Below, piece by piece: positions 38,230 through 47,231 of a DNA stretch of 64,000 nt. Where the stretch lies: NCBI GenBank assembly GCA_029262835.1, contig JAJCYQ010000011.1, positions 1,907 to 65,906 on the forward strand, given 5' to 3'. Under the pieces are notes generated by a model, which saw nothing but the letters and a program-made list of their open reading frames with translations, did not search any database and was not told where the DNA came from. The position numbers and the translations under genes are program-made. Source of the DNA: Bacteroidota bacterium (GTDB lineage: Bacteria > Bacteroidota > Rhodothermia > Rhodothermales > UBA10348). Within the stretch, counting starts at the first letter, position 1. Each line of letters begins with the position of its first letter.

Positions 38230-40151
38230 CAGGTTGTACTCAAAAATTCCCGGTTTTCGACGGCACGACGATAGGCGAGCAGTTCTGCCTGTTCCTGCAG
38301 GAGTCCATGCATGTCTGTACCGGTCTGCTGTGCCCGGTACAGGTCTTTCTTGAGCCGATCGAGCTTTCGGTGTATATGCCGCAGGCGGAGCAATACCATG
38401 GCCGATCCGGCCGCTTCTCGAGGTCCATCAGACAGTTTAGGGACGCTGATGTTGCGCCTGCGCTCCCAATTCATGCTGGGCTCCGACAGCTGGGTCAACA
38501 CTTCGGCGGCCAAACGCTGGACGCCCTCTCCCGCGCCTCCCCCAAGAATGCGTTTCCGATCGAATGCGTCAGCGGCGTACTGCCTCACAAGCTCCGTCGC
38601 CAGTTCACGGCTCGGTCCCTCCGTGAACTCTTCCACCGCCATGTGCCCCATGACATATTCAACAATCGGCAGCCCCCCATCCAACATCAGGTAATGGAGG
38701 AATTTCTCAGGAGGCATTGGTTCGGCATGGGGCTCCGATATGTCCTGATTATCGACAGGGGCGGACTCCGCCGCGGGCGCTGAGAGCGGCGATGCCTCTG
38801 GTGCAGGCGCGCCGTGTTGTCGATCTGCCGATGCCGAGGACGTCGGCTTTCGACGCCTCATCATCCCGGTCAGGAGCGGCCTCAGTTGCACGTCAGGCAA
38901 CCCCATTTTGCCAGCAGCAACGCGCAGGTAAGACTCCCTGACGAGCGGATCATCAATCTGTGAAAGAGACTCCAATATGGCGCGCTGCACGGCCGCCTGC
39001 CCCTCAGGTGCATCCATCTCCCCAGACTTATGGGCCTGCGCCAGCATGAAATCCACGAAGTCCTGCCTGTGCTCCCTCAGGTAGGCGTCGAAGGCGGGTC
39101 CCCCCTTCGTGCGCACAAACGAGTCCGGGTCCTCGCCATCCGGTAACTGGACCGCATACGGAATCAAACCGGCAGCCAGAATAAGGTCGATGGCCCGTAG
39201 TCCCGCGCGCTGTCCCGCCGCGTCTGCATCGTAAAGCAGCACAATCGTTTTGACGTAGCGACCGAGAAGGGCCACCTGGTCCACGGTGAGCGCCGTGCCA
39301 CTCGACGCTACGACGTGCTGGACACCCGCCTGATAAAGCGACATCACATCCGTGTAGCCTTCGACGAGAACCGCCTCCTCCCGGTGCCGCATGGCATTCT
39401 TGCCATGATACAGCCCGTAGAGTACACGGCTCTTAGAGTAGATTTTTGTCTCCGGCGAGTTGATGTACTTTGGCGTATCGTCCTCGCGCAGAATGCGCCC
39501 ACCGAATCCGAGCACCTTCCCTACATGCGAGAAAATAGGAAACATCAGCCGGTGCCTGTACCGGTCGTACCATCCGTTTCCTTCACGCCGCGGGACCACA
39601 AGACCGGCGTAGGCGAGCACATCAGGCCCGATCTTCTGCTTTTCAGCTGCCAGCAGTAACGCATCCCAGGAGTCAGGCGCGTAGCCCACACCGAATTTTC
39701 GAATGGATGCTGCATCGTAGCCCCGCTGCTTCAGGTATGCACGCGCGACCCCGCCCGCTTCACCGCGGGTCAGGTTGTCGTGGAAGAACCGTGCAGCGAA
39801 ACGGAGAGCATGGTAGGCCGCCTCTTTCTCAGAGGCATCCTCATCCGGTCCTTCTTCTTCCGGCAACTGGACGCCAGCCCGCTCGGCCAGCAAGCGGACC
39901 GTCTCGGGAAAAGACAACCCCTCTACCCGCTCCATGAAGTGGAAGACATCGCCTCCCTCGCCGCATCCAAAGCACTTGAAAATGCCCATCCCGGGATTCA
40001 CGTTGAACGATGGCGTCTTTTCCGTATGGAACGGACACAGACCAATAAAATTGGTGCCCCGTTTCTTGAGCCGCACGTAGTCAGACACTACGTCAACGAT
40101 GTCCGTCAATGAGCGGATTTCCTCGATATGTGTGTCTGAAATACGATTCAT
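38229..40151 (-). CDS. dnaG: DNA primase
   Basis: Zinc ribbon CPFHTEKTPSFNVNPGMGIFKCFGCGEGGD and a TOPRIM region (LVEGYTDV, LLYDADAAG). Start at ATG 40151. Its stop shares one base with the ppk1 start. Confidence 0.93.
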   Translation of the reverse strand: MNRISDTHIEEIRSLTDIVDVVSDYVRLKKRGTNFIGLCPFHTEKTPSFNVNPGMGIFKCFGCGEGGDVFHFMERVEGLSFPETVRLLAERAGVQLPEEEGPDEDASEKEAAYHALRFAARFFHDNLTRGEAGGVARAYLKQRGYDAASIRKFGVGYAPDSWDALLLAAEKQKIGPDVLAYAGLVVPRREGNGWYDRYRHRLMFPIFSHVGKVLGFGGRILREDDTPKYINSPETKIYSKSRVLYGLYHGKNAMRHREEAVLVEGYTDVMSLYQAGVQHVVASSGTALTVDQVALLGRYVKTIVLLYDADAAGQRAGLRAIDLILAAGLIPYAVQLPDGEDPDSFVRTKGGPAFDAYLREHRQDFVDFMLAQAHKSGEMDAPEGQAAVQRAILESLSQIDDPLVRESYLRVAAGKMGLPDVQLRPLLTGMMRRRKPTSSASADRQHGAPAPEASPLSAPAAESAPVDNQDISEPHAEPMPPEKFLHYLMLDGGLPIVEYVMGHMAVEEFTEGPSRELATELVRQYAADAFDRKRILGGGAGEGVQRLAAEVLTQLSEPSMNWERRRNISVPKLSDGPREAAGSAMVLLRLRHIHRKLDRLKKDLYRAQQTGTDMHGLLQEQAELLAYRRAVENREFLSTT

Positions 40152-40242
40152 GGATGCGTTCGAGTAGAGCCGGTGAAACCACCTGGAGGCCCCTCCGTAC
40201 GGGCCATCAAAGTACGTTTCACATCGCGAACAGGATACACGG

Positions 40243-40470
40243 ATGAAAAAGCTGGAGGGCACCCTTTCCTACCACGACCTGGAGGGCGGGTTCTGGGGAC
40301 TGACAGACACGGACGGTGACCGTTACGTCCTTCTCGATGGGTTACCCGACGGACTCAAAAAGGACGGTGTTCGGGTCGAGGCCACGGTGGAAGTGGCCCA
40401 CGTCCTGGGTACAGCCATGTGGGGGACATACGTACATGTCGTATCCATGAAACCAGCCGGTACGTCATGA
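40243..40470 (+). CDS. small conserved-looking hypothetical protein (75 aa, beta-rich)
   Basis: MKKLEGTLSYHDLEGGFWGLTDTDGDRYVLLDGLP...VRVEATVEVAHVLGTAMWG. ATGA overlap with the S8 peptidase gene supports expression. Confidence 0.55.
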   Translation: MKKLEGTLSYHDLEGGFWGLTDTDGDRYVLLDGLPDGLKKDGVRVEATVEVAHVLGTAMWGTYVHVVSMKPAGTS

Positions 40471-42002
40471 TACTGCTTCTCGTAGCCTCCTTCCTCCTCC
40501 TCGGTCTTGGCATCGGTCCCGGTCGGCGCGCACCACTCTTCAGTCTTCTGGGTATGTTCGGCGTGCTCGGCGCGCTCGTCTGGGGAGCCGCTACGGCCTC
40601 TTCCCTGACCGACTTCCTGGTCAGCGCGGCCACGGGCCTCGGCGCAGGAACTCTCGTCCTTGCCGGACGCTTCCATGCGCTTCAACAACCAGCCCGCGCC
40701 AGGCCCTGGTTCGCCATGGGTGCCCTGCTGCTTTTTACATCGCTCGTCCTGGGCATAGGTCGCACGTGGATGGCTACGCCAGATCAATTCACATGGCTTG
40801 TCGAACTTGGACCAGACGATGACATCCGTGAGGTAGAGCCTGTCCTCTCGGCCCACAATGTAGCCTATGTACGGGCCTTTCCCTCTCTGTCACTTGCCGA
40901 CCACCCCGACCTCGCACAGGTCTACCTGCTCAGCGGCCAGCCAGCAGACCTTGAGGCGGCCTCGGCGCGGCTCCGCCTGGACACAGAAAATGTGGACCAT
41001 CTGGAGCCGAATCTACGGCTGCAATTCATCGATGCCGTGGATGGTGCGCGCCCGCTCCTGGAAAACGACCCGCTTGCTGCTTCGCAATGGGATCTGGAAG
41101 CCACGGGTACTCATCGTGCCCATGAACTTCTCCAGTCCCGTCGCCCTGTGCGACAGGCCACAATTGCCATTCTCGATACCGGCGTGGACGCCTCTCACGA
41201 GGACCTGCAGCGCGTTGTTGTTCCTGGCCGTCCGGGTCAGGATGCCAACGGACATGGATCACACGTTGCGGGTACAGCCGCAGCAGCCACCAACAACCGT
41301 CTTGGCGTGGCATCGATCAACTGGGAGGGTGCGTTTGTCCGGATTGCAGCCTACGAGGCGCTTTCGGACAACGGAACGGGTACGCTGGAGGGCATCGCGC
41401 AGGCGGTCGTCGACGCGGTACAAGACAATGTGGATGTAATTTCCATGAGCCTCGGAGCCCGTACCGGTGGGCAGGCACCGAAGGTCATCCGGGATGCCAT
41501 TGCGCTGGCTGTTTCCCGCAACATCGTGGTGGTCGTCTCGGCGGGGAATGAGGGCCGGGACGCAGCCGAGCAGTTTCCCGCCAATGTGGACGGTGTCATC
41601 GTGGTGGCCGCCGTAGACAGGGATCTGAACCGGGCCTCGTTCTCCAATACAACAGCGGCGATTGAGCGGGCTGTTTCCGCTCCCGGCGTCAATATCCTCT
41701 CGGTGCGGACGGGCGGAGGCTATGTATCCATGAGCGGCACATCCATGGCGACGCCCGCGGTGAGCGGCTTGTTGGGCGTACTGAAATCACTCGATCCGAC
41801 ATTGACGCCGGACGCGCTCTGGACGCTCGTTCGTGAGACCGCTACCGACATACCGGCTGCCGCAGAAACAGGTCCCCTCATGCACACCGGGGCCGCTGTC
41901 GAGCGCCTTCTCGCGAGCATCGAGGAAGTACAGATCGTGGATCAGGATCCAACCCGTCAGGACTCAAGCACGGACGCAGACGGGCCGTTGCAGAATATGT
42001 AA
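40467..42002 (+). CDS. membrane-anchored S8 (subtilisin-family) serine peptidase
   Basis: ~4 N-terminal TM helices, a propeptide-like segment, and the catalytic triad motifs ILDTGVD, GHGSHVAGT, SGTSMATPAVSG. Confidence 0.88.
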   Translation: MILLLVASFLLLGLGIGPGRRAPLFSLLGMFGVLGALVWGAATASSLTDFLVSAATGLGAGTLVLAGRFHALQQPARARPWFAMGALLLFTSLVLGIGRTWMATPDQFTWLVELGPDDDIREVEPVLSAHNVAYVRAFPSLSLADHPDLAQVYLLSGQPADLEAASARLRLDTENVDHLEPNLRLQFIDAVDGARPLLENDPLAASQWDLEATGTHRAHELLQSRRPVRQATIAILDTGVDASHEDLQRVVVPGRPGQDANGHGSHVAGTAAAATNNRLGVASINWEGAFVRIAAYEALSDNGTGTLEGIAQAVVDAVQDNVDVISMSLGARTGGQAPKVIRDAIALAVSRNIVVVVSAGNEGRDAAEQFPANVDGVIVVAAVDRDLNRASFSNTTAAIERAVSAPGVNILSVRTGGGYVSMSGTSMATPAVSGLLGVLKSLDPTLTPDALWTLVRETATDIPAAAETGPLMHTGAAVERLLASIEEVQIVDQDPTRQDSSTDADGPLQNM

Positions 42003-42337
42003 TCAACGTTGTAGAACACTTCGACAAGCTCGCCGCCCGGTGAAACCATGAAGTGCGACCGGCTGTCGAGCTCGCCCGAACGTGGGTCCCAGCGTACACC
42101 CTGGAAAATATCCAGGACATCCTCCACTTCCTCGCGGCTCGGTCCAGAGGTCCATATCACGTCCACCCCGCGCAGATCCTTTGAATCCAACGTGGGATCC
42201 TCCAGGCGGACAGCAAAAATGGTCGAAGGAAATCTTTTTTCGAGTACCTGGCGGATTTCCCGGACGGCTGCCGGTGCTGAAACGAGAATGGAGTGCATGC
42301 GGGTAAAGCAGTTGAAAGAGTTACGATCTGTACGCAT
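41957..42337 (-). CDS. hypothetical protein
   Basis: ORF with balanced composition (…VREIRQVLEKRFPSTIFAVRLEDP…VDVIWTSGPSREEVEDVLDIFQGVRWDPRSGE…). Start uncertain: ATG 42337 or 42298. Its 3' end overlaps the S8 gene by 46 nt. Confidence 0.45.
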   Translation of the reverse strand: MRTDRNSFNCFTRMHSILVSAPAAVREIRQVLEKRFPSTIFAVRLEDPTLDSKDLRGVDVIWTSGPSREEVEDVLDIFQGVRWDPRSGELDSRSHFMVSPGGELVEVFYNVDYIFCNGPSASVLES

Positions 42338-42404
42338 CAAGAGTACGTTGACAATCCCGGAATTTGCGAGGATCATGCACAATGGAACGTGAGTTGACGT
42401 CCTC

Positions 42405-42905
42405 ATGGCGACAACACACGACTCCACTCCACCGGGCCTGCAACAGGCGGCCTACGACAGTGTCCGCAGCCGCCTGCAGGCGCTCATCCAGACCGATACC
42501 GACTGGGTAGCCGCGATGGCCACCGTGGCATGCGAGCTCCACAACGCGTTTGAGAACTACCATTGGACCGGGTTTTACCGCGTCGTATCGAGTGGACACC
42601 TTCAGGTGGGCCCCTACCAGGGGGGGCACGGGTGTATTGACATCGCTTTCGGGCGCGGCGTCTGCGGTACAGCCGCAGCGAATCTCACCACCATCCGGCT
42701 GGATGACGTGAACACGTTTCCTGGGCACATCGCGTGCTCGGCATCTACCGTGTCTGAAATCGTGGTGCCCGTTCTGAACCGGAAAGGTCGACTCGTGGCC
42801 GTATTTGACGTGGACTCCGACCTTCCGCACGCATTCAACGACGTGGACCAGTCGCAGCTCGAACAGATCTGCTCATGGCTGGGCCAGGGCTGGGGTCCCG
42901 TCTGA
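42405..42905 (+). CDS. msrC: GAF-domain free methionine-(R)-sulfoxide reductase (YebR/MsrC family)
   Basis: WTGFY, GRGVCGTAA, and FPGHIACSASTVSEIVVPV match the fRMsr catalytic-Cys region. Confidence 0.85.
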   Translation: MATTHDSTPPGLQQAAYDSVRSRLQALIQTDTDWVAAMATVACELHNAFENYHWTGFYRVVSSGHLQVGPYQGGHGCIDIAFGRGVCGTAAANLTTIRLDDVNTFPGHIACSASTVSEIVVPVLNRKGRLVAVFDVDSDLPHAFNDVDQSQLEQICSWLGQGWGPV

Positions 42906-43866
42906 TCTCGACTGTGGCCTCAACGCGTGTCATGCTGCCGAACAGCCCCCGCCCATTGACCACATGGTTCTTGACGTTCGGTATCTCACCTGGCGAGAGG
43001 GTCGTCCCCCCTGCCTGCGCATCCCGAAATCGAATGAAATCGAACACATTGTCGTCGAGGGCCGACATGCGAATGCGTGTCGGCCCGTAGAATACAACGG
43101 CAAACCACGGCAGGTCGACCTGGAGGGTACCATCCGGGAGGCGTTCGTAACTGCCCTCGTTGATAGGCGGCGAACTGTTGACCAGCACTTCATCGAGCTC
43201 CGACACATCCAGTTCGGCGTCTACGACGGCGTCGCCTTCATCGAGATCGTATATCAGGTCCAGGTAGAGCGGTGTCAGATTCGATGGCCGCGGATCGAGC
43301 CCCTCGATCGAGAACACATAGACGGCGCTACGGCCTGGAAGCTCACTCTCCGTTACGCGAAACGTGACCTGCTCCTCGGCCCGATAGACAAGGTCGAGCG
43401 GACCCACTTCAATCAGGTCGTAGTCACCTGGAACAATAGTCTCAGCCATTACCTTGGCGCGTCCAGGGACGCCGACCTCCAGGCGGTAGGTGGCGCCGGG
43501 GCGAACATTGTGGGACGTCAGCGCGCGGTAGGCCCCGGCGCGCCCTGGGACCGGTTCGTACAGGATGATTTCCGTGCCGGTTGGACTTCCCGCGTCGGCT
43601 CCACCAGACTCATGAATAACGCGCACATCCGCATCCTGAACAGGGGGGCCACCGCCAGTCAGCACCGCATCGACCGGCACGCTTTCGGACAAATAAACGT
43701 TCGGAAGAGGCTCACCGGCAATCAACCAGGACTCCACCACGATCTCAGCATCATGGATACTGTCGGTCGTAGAATCACACCCTGCAAACACGAGTGTGGC
43801 GACAAGTAACAACGGCAAGGCGCATGCCGGGCGAAAACAAGTCGGAATGGCGCGTGTCATCGACAT
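42835..43866 (-). CDS. DUF4249-family lipoprotein
   Basis: Lipobox LVFAGC, beta-rich sequence, C-terminal NGRGLFGS motif, and the usual position directly downstream of a CarboxypepD_reg TonB receptor. Confidence 0.75.
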   Translation of the reverse strand: MSMTRAIPTCFRPACALPLLLVATLVFAGCDSTTDSIHDAEIVVESWLIAGEPLPNVYLSESVPVDAVLTGGGPPVQDADVRVIHESGGADAGSPTGTEIILYEPVPGRAGAYRALTSHNVRPGATYRLEVGVPGRAKVMAETIVPGDYDLIEVGPLDLVYRAEEQVTFRVTESELPGRSAVYVFSIEGLDPRPSNLTPLYLDLIYDLDEGDAVVDAELDVSELDEVLVNSSPPINEGSYERLPDGTLQVDLPWFAVVFYGPTRIRMSALDDNVFDFIRFRDAQAGGTTLSPGEIPNVKNHVVNGRGLFGSMTRVEATVEIRRDPSPGPAMSRSVRAATGPRR

Positions 43867-46142
43867 CAGAATCGCATGGTGAAAGAGATATTGGGTACGG
43901 GTATCGGGATCTGCGGAACGACCGATCGATCGACGGCACCATCATCCTCGAAGTCAAACGAGTAGAACCAGATATTCCGACGGCCATACACGTTGATAAG
44001 CTGGATCTGCAGCTCAAAGTCAGCACCGGCGAGGCGTCCGCGCCGCGTAGCGCCCGCATCGAGACGGTGGTATGCCGGCAGCCGGGCCGCATTGAACGGA
44101 CTCTCGAGCACGTCGAGGCCTTCCCGGGTGAGCGGCGAGTTGGACAGTTGCCACCGGGAGGCTGGTTCGGTGTAGGCCTGCCCCGTTGCCCAGGCGAATA
44201 CCGACGTCAGACGCCATTTCGGCGTCAGATCATACATGGTCGTGATATTCACGTCATGCGTCCGATCATATTTGGGCGGGAAAAAACGATTTCCATCCAG
44301 GTTTTCGAACCGCCGCCGGGTGACGCCGAACGTGTAGGACACGAAACCAGTCAGTGCCCCCCGCTCCTTCTGGAGCAGGTATTCACTTCCGACCGCATAG
44401 CCGTCACCGAAGTGGAAGAATTCCGAATAATCAAGCCCAGCCACATCGGGCAGGAAGGGATCGAGTTGGAAGAGATCTTCCATGGAGCGGTAATACACCT
44501 CGGCTTCGAAACGGTACGCCGTGGACGGTGTCCACTTGAGGCCGGCAACGACCTGGTCTCCCCAGGCCGGTGGCACACCGCTCGAGGATGTCAGCCACAC
44601 ATCGAGCCCACTGAACGCCTCGTTCGTCACGAGAGTCAAGAACTGATGGTACCGTCCGGCTCCGAGCTGAGCGAACAGGTTGGGTGCGACTTTTCGCTCG
44701 AGGGCAAGCCTCGGTTCAAGACGCAGGTAGTCGCCGCGACCGAACCAGCTCGCGTGCAATCCGGACGTGAGTGTCCACAAAAGCCCCAGACTCCGACGCT
44801 CCTCCACGTAGGCCGATCCATACGAGGCGTTTTCCGAGAGCGTCAGGACGCGCCGGCTGTCGAACGTGTCGGCCAGCCTGAAAGAGAACGCTCCCGCCCA
44901 GAGCCCTGTCCTTATTTCCCGGCGCGGCGACGCCACGTACTGCAGGTCATACCGAAGGGAGTAATCCCGCACCTGGTTGTCCCGTTCAGAGAAGGTATCG
45001 GCGGCCAGGAACTCAGGCACGGAAAAATAGGACGATGCCGTAACAGCCATATCGCCGAAGAGTCGCTCCGAGAAGACGTGTGCCCAGCCGGCGCTCACCG
45101 TCCGGTTACCATAACGCAGCCGCACATCGAAATCGGTCGAAATCGGCAGCCTCAGAATGTCCTGTCCGGCATAGAACGAGACCGACAGGAAATCATTCGA
45201 TCCGATATCCATGTTCACTTTCCCGTTCGCATCGAAAAAATAAAAGCGATCCGGAATCCCGTCCACGTCGCCTGAGCGGGCCGCCGCGAGCAGCGGCTCG
45301 AGGGTGGATCGGCGAATGGCCAGCATCCAGGAGCCTCTCCCGTGCGGCCCTTCGATCATGGCGCGCGATGCAAGCAGACCAAGCGTGGCCGTACCCCGCG
45401 TTTTTGTGCGGTCTCCGTCCTTGTTGTAAATGTCCACGACCGACCCGATCCGCCCACCGAACCGCGCCGGATAAGCCCCCTTGTAGAGCCTCACGTCCTT
45501 GATCGCATCCGGATTGAAGGTCGAGAAAAAGCCGAAAAAGTGTGTCGGGTTGTAAACGGTCGTCCGATCGAGCAGGATCAAGGTCTGGTCGGGCGATCCA
45601 CCCCGCACATACAACCCGCTGGAATAATCACTGGCTGCCTTTACTCCAGGCAGCAGTTGAAGCGAGCGAAATACGTCAGCCTCCAGGATGGTGGGCAGTT
45701 GCCGGATCAGCGCCGTATTCATGCGCGCACTCCCCAGGCGGCGCTCTTCCTGCTCGCTCTCCCGCGCTGCTTCCACAACAACCTCAGCGGCCAGCAGCCC
45801 CTCCGGCTCCAGGTCCACATCCAGCCGAAGTGCTTCTCCAGCAGCGAGCTCCACCACAAGACGCCGCGTCTCAAAGCCCAGGTAAGATACGCGCACCTCA
45901 TGCCTTCCTGGCGGCAGCCCGGTCGACGTATAATAGCCTCGCGTATTGGTGGCGGTGCCCATATCCAGATCCGGCAGGAAGACGTTCGCCAGAAGCAGAG
46001 TCTCTCCGGTCTCCGCATCGCGAACGAAGCCATTGATGGATGCAGCGCTCGGCGTCTGGGCGACCGCTACGGCCCTTGGCTGGTCCAGACCCGAACCAAT
46101 CAACAGAACAATCAGGAACAGAAAGCGCGGGTATACAGACAT
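43866..46142 (-). CDS. TonB-dependent receptor with N-terminal carboxypeptidase-regulatory-like domain
   Basis: Signal peptide from ATG 46142. INGFVRDAETGETLLLANVFL...GYYTSTGLPPGRHEVRVSYLGF, plug region (LPGV..., GLYVRGGSPDQT), and a long beta-barrel ending ...NISFTMRF. Confidence 0.9.
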   Translation of the reverse strand: MSVYPRFLFLIVLLIGSGLDQPRAVAVAQTPSAASINGFVRDAETGETLLLANVFLPDLDMGTATNTRGYYTSTGLPPGRHEVRVSYLGFETRRLVVELAAGEALRLDVDLEPEGLLAAEVVVEAARESEQEERRLGSARMNTALIRQLPTILEADVFRSLQLLPGVKAASDYSSGLYVRGGSPDQTLILLDRTTVYNPTHFFGFFSTFNPDAIKDVRLYKGAYPARFGGRIGSVVDIYNKDGDRTKTRGTATLGLLASRAMIEGPHGRGSWMLAIRRSTLEPLLAAARSGDVDGIPDRFYFFDANGKVNMDIGSNDFLSVSFYAGQDILRLPISTDFDVRLRYGNRTVSAGWAHVFSERLFGDMAVTASSYFSVPEFLAADTFSERDNQVRDYSLRYDLQYVASPRREIRTGLWAGAFSFRLADTFDSRRVLTLSENASYGSAYVEERRSLGLLWTLTSGLHASWFGRGDYLRLEPRLALERKVAPNLFAQLGAGRYHQFLTLVTNEAFSGLDVWLTSSSGVPPAWGDQVVAGLKWTPSTAYRFEAEVYYRSMEDLFQLDPFLPDVAGLDYSEFFHFGDGYAVGSEYLLQKERGALTGFVSYTFGVTRRRFENLDGNRFFPPKYDRTHDVNITTMYDLTPKWRLTSVFAWATGQAYTEPASRWQLSNSPLTREGLDVLESPFNAARLPAYHRLDAGATRRGRLAGADFELQIQLINVYGRRNIWFYSFDFEDDGAVDRSVVPQIPIPVPNISFTMRF

Positions 46143-46173
46143 GCGGGTGAGGCCGCACCGGGTGTCGGCACGG

Positions 46174-47079
46174 TCAGCGGGGAAAACGGTTGGGGTAGTC
46201 CGTGATGATGCCGTCGACGCGTAGCGCAATGAGACGTTGCATGTCCTGCGTCTCGTTTACGGTCCATGGCACTATTTTCATGTCCAGTTCACGGGCCCGC
46301 TCCAGATACCGTTCAGTGATCAGTTCATGGTACGGACTCAGGACTTCGGGCGTGAATCCCATGCTGTCCAAGATGGCCTCGAACGGGGGCTCGTCACGGG
46401 CTACCAGGAGCGCAAGTGTACCCTGCCAGCCGAGACGCCGCGCCGCCACGAGCGTTCTCGGATCGAACGATTGGATGGTACTGCGCTCCTCGACGCCCGC
46501 ATGGCGCAGCACGTCGATGACAAGCGCTGCGAATTCGCCGGGCGGCGGATGCGCGATGTTGTCTCCATCGGGCCGTGATTTCGTTTCCACATTGTAACGG
46601 GGCGCCGCCCTTCCACCCTCCTCTGCATGCACTTCCGCCTCATGAATGACCTCACCAAGCAGGGGTTTCAGAGCCGGACGTGGCTCCTGTTCAGGAAAAT
46701 CAGGATGGCCCCGGCGGCCGCAGTCATAGGTAGATATGTCCGCATAGTCGAGCGCGTAGAGCAGGACGGTATCGGTCTCGGCGACAGGGCGACCGTCAGG
46801 ATGCGAACAGATGACAGATGACATGACGGGATCATGGGATACCACGACCTGCGCATCCCGCGATATCACAACATCCATTTCGAGTGTCTGGACGCCCAGG
46901 TCCAGGGCGAGCAGGAATCCATCCAACGAATTCTCAGGAAGCAGTCCCCGCGCACCGCGGTGACCCTGAAGATCGACTTCCGGAGCGGGCCTACACGCCC
47001 CCAGCGCAAGCGCCAGGAGGAGGGACACGGGTACCAGCGACGTCCGCCACGATGGGTGCAAAAGGAGAATCATCCACAT
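46174..47079 (-). CDS. glpQ: glycerophosphodiester phosphodiesterase lipoprotein
   Basis: Lipobox ALALGAC, HRGARGLLPENS, EMDVVISRD..VVSHD. Confidence 0.88.
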   Translation of the reverse strand: MWMILLLHPSWRTSLVPVSLLLALALGACRPAPEVDLQGHRGARGLLPENSLDGFLLALDLGVQTLEMDVVISRDAQVVVSHDPVMSSVICSHPDGRPVAETDTVLLYALDYADISTYDCGRRGHPDFPEQEPRPALKPLLGEVIHEAEVHAEEGGRAAPRYNVETKSRPDGDNIAHPPPGEFAALVIDVLRHAGVEERSTIQSFDPRTLVAARRLGWQGTLALLVARDEPPFEAILDSMGFTPEVLSPYHELITERYLERARELDMKIVPWTVNETQDMQRLIALRVDGIITDYPNRFPR

Positions 47080-47231
47080 GAATGTTCTTGGAGTTATAAT
47101 TAGTTGCCCTGCAACACGTTACGAGCCCATTTCGTCTCGCCCTAATGTTGAATGCAGCATGAGCGTTTCGTATCTTTGGAAGATAGGGTTTTCGCAGCCC
47201 ACACCCTTTGTTTTTCCCCCAGCCGAGCATC

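Noticed and set aside
42805-45275. Two long plus-strand ORFs (334 and 493 aa) opposite the DUF4249 and TonB-receptor genes
   Set aside because: The minus-strand genes have signal peptides, a plug and barrel, and family motifs. The plus-strand translations are Arg/Pro/Gly-rich with no recognisable domains. The long antisense ORFs opposite phoH (30704-31654), the NtrC gene (25007-25858), gyrA (47853-48959), the M50 gene (59169-60017) and the lipoprotein gene (57962-58771) are rejected for the same reason.
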